From Candidatus Bathyarchaeota archaeon (GTDB lineage Archaea > Thermoproteota > Bathyarchaeia > JAPDIZ01): a DNA stretch of 64,000 nt. Of the stretch, positions 58,081-64,000 are shown piece after piece; position 1 is the first letter of the stretch; each line of letters begins with the position of its first letter. Below the pieces are notes generated by a model. It saw nothing but the letters and a program-made list of their open reading frames with translations. It did not search any database and was not told the DNA's origin. The translations under genes and the position numbers were made by a program. The stretch is from assembly GCA_029259355.1 (NCBI GenBank), contig JAPDIZ010000003.1, positions 69,181 through 133,180 of the forward strand. Reading direction: 5' to 3'.

Positions 58081-59136
58081 AAAGTAGTCATAACTGGAGG
58101 ATTAGGCTTCATAGGCTTCAACTTCGCTACGCACTTCCTCAGAAGCTATCGAGAAGACGGTGTAGAGGTCGTGTTAGTCGACAACTTATCGGATCCGAGC
58201 GGGGGAGCTTACAAAAACATGGTAACGCTTCTCAGACACCATGGAGAGGATGTTGAGAAGGGTTTGCTGAGGATCGTTCCAACAGATGTGAGAGATTTTG
58301 AAGCTCTTCGCCAGACGTTGAGAGATGCAGACACCGTCCTACACTTCGCTGCTCAAGTAGCTATGAAGCCCTCGCTCGAAGACCCCATAACCGATTTTGA
58401 GATAAACGCGCGCGGAACGCTAAACGTCTTAGAAGCTGCGAGGAGATCGGAATCGAACCCCGTGATGCTCTACACCTCAACTAACAAGGTGTATGGACGG
58501 CTCGATAGAGTACCACTAGTGGAGAAGGAGCTTCGCTGGGACTACTCAGAGGATTCGCCATACTATGAGGGAATTACCGAGGATTACCCGCTCGACATAG
58601 GAGGGCCTTACGGCATAAGCAAGTGCGCAGGCGACATGTACTTTCGAGAATACGCCAAAACCTACGGCATGAAGACCATAGTCTTCCGTATGTCAGCCGT
58701 ATATGGTGAGAACCAGTACACAACCGAAGTACACGGCTGGGTTGGGTGGGTTATCTCGCGAGCGCTTTTGAAAAAGCCCCTAACCATATTCGGCGATGGA
58801 AAACAGGTTCGTGGAGTGTTGCACGTGCAAGACCTAATCGAAGCGTTTGAGCTTGCGCAAAAAAACATCAACCGAGTTAGGGGTGAGGCATTCAACATAG
58901 GGGGAAACCGCCGAAACTCTCTCTCCATCCTCGAGCTGCTCAAGCTGCTCAAGGAGAGATACGGCGTCGCTCCCTCTGAGGTTAGGTATGCGAATTGGAG
59001 AAAAGTGGATCAGAAGTGCTTCATAGCTAACTGCCGAAAAGCTTTGGAGTACTTTGGGTGGAGGCAGAAGATAAGTAAGGAAGAAGGCATCGACCGGATG
59101 ATCGCTTGGGTTCGGCAAAACATCGCCGATAGCTAG
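58081..59136 (+). CDS. NAD-dependent nucleotide-sugar epimerase/dehydratase (paralog of 30705-31847), no canonical start codon for the Rossmann motif
   Basis: Frame-1 translation from 58081 gives KVVITGGLGFIGFNFATHFL...; Y-x3-K (YGISKCAGD); first in-frame ATG/GTG/TTG is GTG at 58171, after the Rossmann motif. Confidence 0.7.
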   Translation, partial: KVVITGGLGFIGFNFATHFLRSYREDGVEVVLVDNLSDPSGGAYKNMVTLLRHHGEDVEKGLLRIVPTDVRDFEALRQTLRDADTVLHFAAQVAMKPSLEDPITDFEINARGTLNVLEAARRSESNPVMLYTSTNKVYGRLDRVPLVEKELRWDYSEDSPYYEGITEDYPLDIGGPYGISKCAGDMYFREYAKTYGMKTIVFRMSAVYGENQYTTEVHGWVGWVISRALLKKPLTIFGDGKQVRGVLHVQDLIEAFELAQKNINRVRGEAFNIGGNRRNSLSILELLKLLKERYGVAPSEVRYANWRKVDQKCFIANCRKALEYFGWRQKISKEEGIDRMIAWVRQNIADS

Positions 59137-60587
59137 CGAACCAGCTTCTCATATTTTCTCAGCCACTTGATAATTCGAGGTTCTAGAGGAAGCTTGAGGA
59201 AGCGCGTCTTCCACCGAATACTCTCGATTTTGCCCAAAGCCTCTAAAAGAACTCCGAGAGATTTCTTCGAAACCTTGTGCTTTAAGCTGGGGTGGTGTAC
59301 TAGCCACGTGATGAAGCACAGCTCCTCCAACATTTCTCCATACTCTTTGGTGAGCCAAGGGGAAACCGCAACGTCGTATGAGAAGAACGCCCACTCCTCC
59401 AAGCTCCTTGGCTCCCTTAAACCGTGTTTGAGCGAGAACTCATAGAGAGGAGTCCCTGGGTATGGTGTGTAGATGAAGAGGGAGAGGTGAGATTCTGGGT
59501 TGATTTCGCGAAGCTTCTCCATAACCCTGATCGTCATGTAGACATCACCGTAGGTTTCGCCGGGAAAACCAACCATGAAAGAGTATTCGGGAACGATGCC
59601 GAATTTCTTGCACTTCTCCGCAGACCTCAGGATATCGCTTACCGTTATGTCCTTCTTGATGAGCTCAAGTATTCTAGGGGATCCAGATTCTGCGCCTAGA
59701 AGCAGAGAGCGGCAGCCGCTTCTGCTAATCCAGCCCATAAGCTCATCGCTAAAACCCGCTACATAGTCGCATCTGCAGCTCGCGCTCCAACCAATGTCCA
59801 AACCCTCCTCAACAATGCCTCTGCATATCTCAACAACTCTTCTTCTGTCCACGAAGAAGTTGTCGTCTTGGAAGCGAACACCCTTGATGCGGTAGCGCCA
59901 AACGAGGCTCTTCAGCTCCTCAACAACTCTCCTCGACGATAGGGGAAACCACTTTCTGCCATAGAAACGAGATATCGCGCAAAACGCGCAGCGATGCACA
60001 CACCCACGGCTCGTTATGTAGTCTAAGGTTTTGTCAGAAGCTTCATCTTTAACGCAGTATTTCTCAACGTTGATTAAGTGGTAGGCAAGCGGGGGAAACT
60101 TATTCACATCCTCCAGCAGCCTCTCGGGATTATGCTGAACTTCTCTACCATACTTGTAAGATAAGCCTAGCAACCCCTTTAGCTCGTCTCCCTTCTCTAG
60201 CCGCTGCACAAGCTCTAGTAGCGTAAGCTCTCCTTGCCCTCTCACCACAGCATCTACCAAGGGGTGGCTAACTGTCTGCTCAGGAAGAAGCGTTGGGTGG
60301 AAGCCTCCCCAGACGACAAAGGCTCCCTGCTCCTTCGCGGCAGCCGAAGCAGCCAAGCCGTCTCTGATTTGAAAGCCCGTCATCGAGCTTACTCCAATGC
60401 AGAGAGCGGAGCGCGATAGCTTCCTGATGGTATGCTCAAAGTCATCATCCAGCCTAGCGTCTACTATTTCCACCTCATAACCTGCTTTCTCGAGAACAGG
60501 TGCTAGCGCTAACAGCGAAAGGGGGGCTCTGTTGACCGGAACCCCAGTTCGGGGATAGAAGAGAACTACCCTCCCGCTCAAGCCCAA
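59133..60587 (-). CDS. B12-binding-domain radical SAM enzyme (class B radical SAM)
   Basis: N-terminal cobalamin-binding-like domain (VVLFYPRTG...EVEIVDARLDD); radical SAM CxxxCxxC (CVHRCAFCAIS); 484 aa. Confidence 0.8.
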   Translation of the reverse strand: MGLSGRVVLFYPRTGVPVNRAPLSLLALAPVLEKAGYEVEIVDARLDDDFEHTIRKLSRSALCIGVSSMTGFQIRDGLAASAAAKEQGAFVVWGGFHPTLLPEQTVSHPLVDAVVRGQGELTLLELVQRLEKGDELKGLLGLSYKYGREVQHNPERLLEDVNKFPPLAYHLINVEKYCVKDEASDKTLDYITSRGCVHRCAFCAISRFYGRKWFPLSSRRVVEELKSLVWRYRIKGVRFQDDNFFVDRRRVVEICRGIVEEGLDIGWSASCRCDYVAGFSDELMGWISRSGCRSLLLGAESGSPRILELIKKDITVSDILRSAEKCKKFGIVPEYSFMVGFPGETYGDVYMTIRVMEKLREINPESHLSLFIYTPYPGTPLYEFSLKHGLREPRSLEEWAFFSYDVAVSPWLTKEYGEMLEELCFITWLVHHPSLKHKVSKKSLGVLLEALGKIESIRWKTRFLKLPLEPRIIKWLRKYEKLVR

Positions 60588-60632
60588 AAAACCCGCGTGA
60601 AAAATTGCGAAGCTTTAGATATCACTACCAAG

Positions 60633-60851
60633 CTAAAGATAGCCAAGCGCTCTCAGCCTTCGCTTTATCTCTTCTTCCTCCTCCGGGCTATAGGGATACT
60701 CTTCACCCTCTTCTTCTTTGAGGAGTTCGGTGAGCACGAACTCGATAAACTCTTCTACGTCTTTGAAAGCTCCCTCACTTTCCTTGACTTTCTCCTCAAT
60801 TTTTTGGTAAAGCGATTTGGGGATGGATATAGTTACCTTCTCTGCGCTCAT
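60633..60851 (-). CDS. small ribbon-helix-helix-like protein with acidic C-terminal tail
   Basis: KVTISIPKSLYQKIEEKV (RHH-like strand/helix) followed by a Glu-rich tail; start overlaps the cysC stop by 4 nt. Confidence 0.5.
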   Translation of the reverse strand: MSAEKVTISIPKSLYQKIEEKVKESEGAFKDVEEFIEFVLTELLKEEEGEEYPYSPEEEEEIKRRLRALGYL

Positions 60852-61402
60852 CCTCGCACCATCCTTGGAGGCTCTTCTATGTACCCAAGGTTTTTCAAAG
60901 TTTCCAAAATCTTCTCCACACAGCTGTCTGGGCTTTCAGCTTCCGTATCCAGTACGACCTCGGGGTTCTCTGGCTCCTCGTACACGTCCTGTATACCAGT
61001 CATATCGCTTATCTCACCCCTTAAGGCTCTTCTGTACAAGCCCTTGGGGTCTCTGCGGATGCAAGTTTCTAGAGAGCACTTAACGTATACCTCGACAAAG
61101 TCTTTGATGAGTTCTCTGGCAAACCTCCTCACCGAGCGGTAGGGCGAGACAAACGATGCGATAACCACAACTCCGTTGCGAGCTAATAGGTGGCTGACGT
61201 ATGCTACTCTGCGGAGGTGCCTCTCCCGATCCTCTCTGCTAAAGCCCGCCTCAGGGCTAAGCCACTTCCTCACCTCATCCCCATCCAAAACCTCTACGGG
61301 GAAGCCATAGGTTCTCAGCACGGGCTCAAGCTTCCTAGCTATGGTAGTCTTTCCAGAGCTAGGAAGCCCGGTCAGCCAGATGACGAAGCCACGGCGCATC
61401 AC
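60848..61402 (-). CDS. cysC: adenylylsulfate (APS) kinase
   Basis: P-loop GLPSSGKTT; ASFVSPY; DPKGLYRRALRGEI...TGIQDVYEEP; 184 aa. Confidence 0.9.
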   Translation of the reverse strand: MMRRGFVIWLTGLPSSGKTTIARKLEPVLRTYGFPVEVLDGDEVRKWLSPEAGFSREDRERHLRRVAYVSHLLARNGVVVIASFVSPYRSVRRFARELIKDFVEVYVKCSLETCIRRDPKGLYRRALRGEISDMTGIQDVYEEPENPEVVLDTEAESPDSCVEKILETLKNLGYIEEPPRMVRG

Positions 61403-62790
61403 ACAGCCTCCACTAGGGACCGCCCCCTCAACCCAATAGGTTTCTCCAAACCAAAGAGCTCGAAAAGGGTGGGGGCTATGTCGTAGATAGATGCGCTCCT
61501 CCTCCCTTGACTTATCCTTCCCTCGGGGTCGTGCAGTATGTATACTCCGTGCATTGAGTGTACTGCATCATCTGGGCCTATGTCGTTTTCCGGAAGATAC
61601 ATGGTTCCATGGCCAAGCGTGCCCGCTGACCTCCAGTAGAGGTCGTCGAAGTAGACGAGGAGATCTGGGTAATCCCCCGATACGGTGGAGTAGAGCTGCT
61701 CAGGCTTGTAGACCTTAGTTTCCATTCTCCTACCGCTTGGATCGTCTATTTTTCGAAGCTCATCAGCTAGCTCCTCCCTAAAAGATTCGTAGCTGCTGGG
61801 GTCTATAACACCCCTAGGCTCTCTTCCCCTGACGTTGATGAAGATTCTTGCGTAGTATCCTCCCCACCCCCATGCCTTGGTGCGATCCCAGTCTACGGAT
61901 AGCTTTTCTAGGTCTACGACGCCCCCTGGCTTATGCTTGATGACCAAGTATCCCTTTTCGATGAGCCATTCGTTGACGCAGAAAGCACCCCTCATCCCCT
62001 TCGCTCCATGGTCTGAAACAACCAAGATGAGCACATCTTTTCCAACCACCTTCAAGAGCTCAGCGATTTTCTGGTCAACATACTTGTAGTAGTCTTCGAT
62101 AACGTGCTCAAACTCGTTTCCCGGAGTGTAGAGGTGGTGCGTAGGGTCGAAGAACTTCCAAAACGCGTGGTGGACACGATCAACACCGATCTCAACGAAC
62201 ATGAAGAAATCCCACTTTTTGCGCGAAGCCAAGTGGTTTATCGCCTTAAAGTGCAGATCCGTCATGTGATACAGCTCTCGAAGAAGCCGTTTCCGCTGCT
62301 CAGTCCTAAACTCCACATCAAAGACATACTTCTCGCCAATTACCCTCTCGATCTCAAATCTAAGCAGTGAGGGGTAGGTGTACTGCTTATCAGCTGAGGG
62401 AGTTATGAAGCAAGACACCCAGCACCCCTTGACAGGCTTTGGTGGATATCCTGGAGGCACGCTTACTATGCAAGAGCGCATTCCTCTCTTCGAAAGCTCG
62501 TCCCAAACAGCGGGGTACTTGACGCTATGGGAGTTCACGATGTATGTCTCGTCATAGGAACCCAGCTTCCTATGCCTAAAGCCATACATCCCAAGCTCTC
62601 CAGGCTCTCTCCCAGTAGCCATAACGATCCACGCGGGAATCGTTATTGGAGGATGACAACTCTCCAAAGAGCCGTAGAAGCCCCCATCCATCAAGGAGGA
62701 TATGGTTGGCAGAGAATCTCTAAACCTCTCGAAAACCAGCTCTGGAGGAGCACAGTCTAAGCCAATCACCAAAACTCTATTGCTCCTCAT
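61399..62790 (-). CDS. alkaline-phosphatase-superfamily enzyme (type I phosphodiesterase / nucleotide pyrophosphatase-like), function unknown
   Basis: N-terminal VLVIGLDCAPPEL and mid-protein LILVVSDHGA resemble metal-ligand motifs of the PF01663-like alkaline phosphatase fold (from memory); 4-nt overlap with cysC. Confidence 0.55.
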   Translation of the reverse strand: MRSNRVLVIGLDCAPPELVFERFRDSLPTISSLMDGGFYGSLESCHPPITIPAWIVMATGREPGELGMYGFRHRKLGSYDETYIVNSHSVKYPAVWDELSKRGMRSCIVSVPPGYPPKPVKGCWVSCFITPSADKQYTYPSLLRFEIERVIGEKYVFDVEFRTEQRKRLLRELYHMTDLHFKAINHLASRKKWDFFMFVEIGVDRVHHAFWKFFDPTHHLYTPGNEFEHVIEDYYKYVDQKIAELLKVVGKDVLILVVSDHGAKGMRGAFCVNEWLIEKGYLVIKHKPGGVVDLEKLSVDWDRTKAWGWGGYYARIFINVRGREPRGVIDPSSYESFREELADELRKIDDPSGRRMETKVYKPEQLYSTVSGDYPDLLVYFDDLYWRSAGTLGHGTMYLPENDIGPDDAVHSMHGVYILHDPEGRISQGRRSASIYDIAPTLFELFGLEKPIGLRGRSLVEAV

Positions 62791-62795
62791 CTAAT

Positions 62796-63962
62796 TCACT
62801 CCACAAAGGGCTTTTCGTAAGATAGCAGAACCTCAGCAACCTCTGGCCTAACCATGTAGGGCGGGGGTCGCTCCCTCCTGCTTATCAATTCCCTAAGCTT
62901 GGTGCCGCTAAACCTTACCCTAAGCTCCTCGCTATGCGGGCATATCTTCTCATTAACTATCCCGCCGCACTTTTCGCAGTAGAGGAACTCTCTGAAGAAG
63001 AGGGGGACTATGCCTAGGTCTGGGAACTGCTTGAAAATCTCCTGAGCCTCATATGGCCCGTAGTAGTTACCTACGCCTGCGTGGTCTCTACCCACGATGA
63101 AGTGCGTACACCCAAAGTTCTTCCTCATTATGGCGTGGTGAACAGCCTCTCTCGGCCCAGCGTAGCGCATTTGATACCGCAATATGCTCAAAACGACGGT
63201 GTCTTTCGGGAAGTAGTTCTTGGTGAGGACATCGTAAGCTCTCAAAATGACTTCGTCGCGAAAATCCCCTCTCTTCTTCCTACCTATCACTGGGTTTATG
63301 AATAGGCCATCTACGAAGGCTAGCGCCGACTTCTGGAGGTACTCGTGGCCGAGGTGGGGGGCGTTTCTCGTCTGAAAGCCCACGACCGTCCTCCAACCCC
63401 TCTCCCTAAACAAAACTCTCGTCTCAATAGGTCGGAGAGTGTAGCGGTAGAAGGGGTTTGGCGCTTCTCCAATGAGCTCTATTTCCCCTCCAATCAGCAG
63501 CTCCTTCGCTGAATAAAGCTTAGCCACACCAGGGTGGTTTGCATCCCGTGTCTTGAACACCTTCTCCGCGTACTCACCCCTATCCCAAGGATAAACCTCC
63601 TCAACGCGGAGAACTGCAAGAGGTGTTTCGCTAAAGAAGAGAGCAGCTTCATCACCCTCCCTAAGCTCGCCCAAATCCTCCTTAGAGACATCGAGGACTA
63701 TAGGGATAGTCCAAGGAAGACCATTCAGCAACCTCATCTCATAGAGAACGCTCTCAAGCTCATCTCGGCACAAAAAGCCCGTCAACGGGCTGTATATCCC
63801 ATGACCAATGTTCTCGAGGTCTAGGGCGTGATCCTCATCTACGTATATCCTATGCATTTCCCTAGACTCGATTAGTAGGCGCTGAAGCCTAGCTCCCTTG
63901 GCGACGCGAACCACCAACGAGCCGCCGTGAGGCTTCGACACCAAGCTCTCCGCAGCCTCCAC
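62796..63962 (-). CDS. sat: sulfate adenylyltransferase (ATP sulfurylase)
   Basis: QTRNAPHLGHEYL and VGRDHAGVG motifs; N-terminal PUA-like domain; 388 aa. Confidence 0.9.
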   Translation of the reverse strand: MEAAESLVSKPHGGSLVVRVAKGARLQRLLIESREMHRIYVDEDHALDLENIGHGIYSPLTGFLCRDELESVLYEMRLLNGLPWTIPIVLDVSKEDLGELREGDEAALFFSETPLAVLRVEEVYPWDRGEYAEKVFKTRDANHPGVAKLYSAKELLIGGEIELIGEAPNPFYRYTLRPIETRVLFRERGWRTVVGFQTRNAPHLGHEYLQKSALAFVDGLFINPVIGRKKRGDFRDEVILRAYDVLTKNYFPKDTVVLSILRYQMRYAGPREAVHHAIMRKNFGCTHFIVGRDHAGVGNYYGPYEAQEIFKQFPDLGIVPLFFREFLYCEKCGGIVNEKICPHSEELRVRFSGTKLRELISRRERPPPYMVRPEVAEVLLSYEKPFVE

Positions 63963-64000
63963 CGACCATACAGGATGAAGTAACGAGATTATTGTGTTTT

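Noticed and set aside
1-64000. CRISPR arrays, rRNA genes, integrases, transposases or prophage genes
   Set aside because: No regularly spaced direct repeats and no translation resembling integrase, transposase or capsid/terminase proteins were seen; the decay region at 57-58 kb has no recognisable mobile-element gene.

Overview
GC-rich window that reads as archaeal, probably crenarchaeal/Thermoprotei (this is an inference from archaeal-type enzymes and two over-long, apparently intron-containing tRNA genes). The first ~9 kb is housekeeping: a partial tRNA-binding domain gene, a MiaB-like methylthiotransferase, a radical-SAM/HhH protein, a DHH phosphoesterase, and an HTH-FeoA/FeoB iron-uptake pair flanked by the two tRNAs. 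From ~10 kb to ~46 kb lies a very large cell-surface glycan biosynthesis locus: two sugar-1-phosphate nucleotidyltransferases, GalU, a phosphohexomutase, UDP-glucose dehydrogenase, a UXS-like decarboxylase, a DegT aminotransferase, two further SDR epimerases, three methyltransferases, about eight GT4 and four GT2 glycosyltransferases, two MraY/WecA-type phosphosugar transferases and four large GT-C-like membrane proteins. It is interrupted by an AAA-VWA-mdh operon, hypB, rpiA and a Liv-type ABC transporter. The 3' end (57-64 kb) holds what I consider the most interesting material: a gene-decay junction, a B12-binding radical SAM enzyme, and a PAPS-synthesis operon (sat, an alkaline-phosphatase-superfamily enzyme, cysC, a small RHH protein) that suggests sulfated or otherwise decorated glycans. 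No CRISPR array, rRNA, integrase or transposase was seen. All calls are from reading the translations and sequence by eye; nothing was searched or computed.
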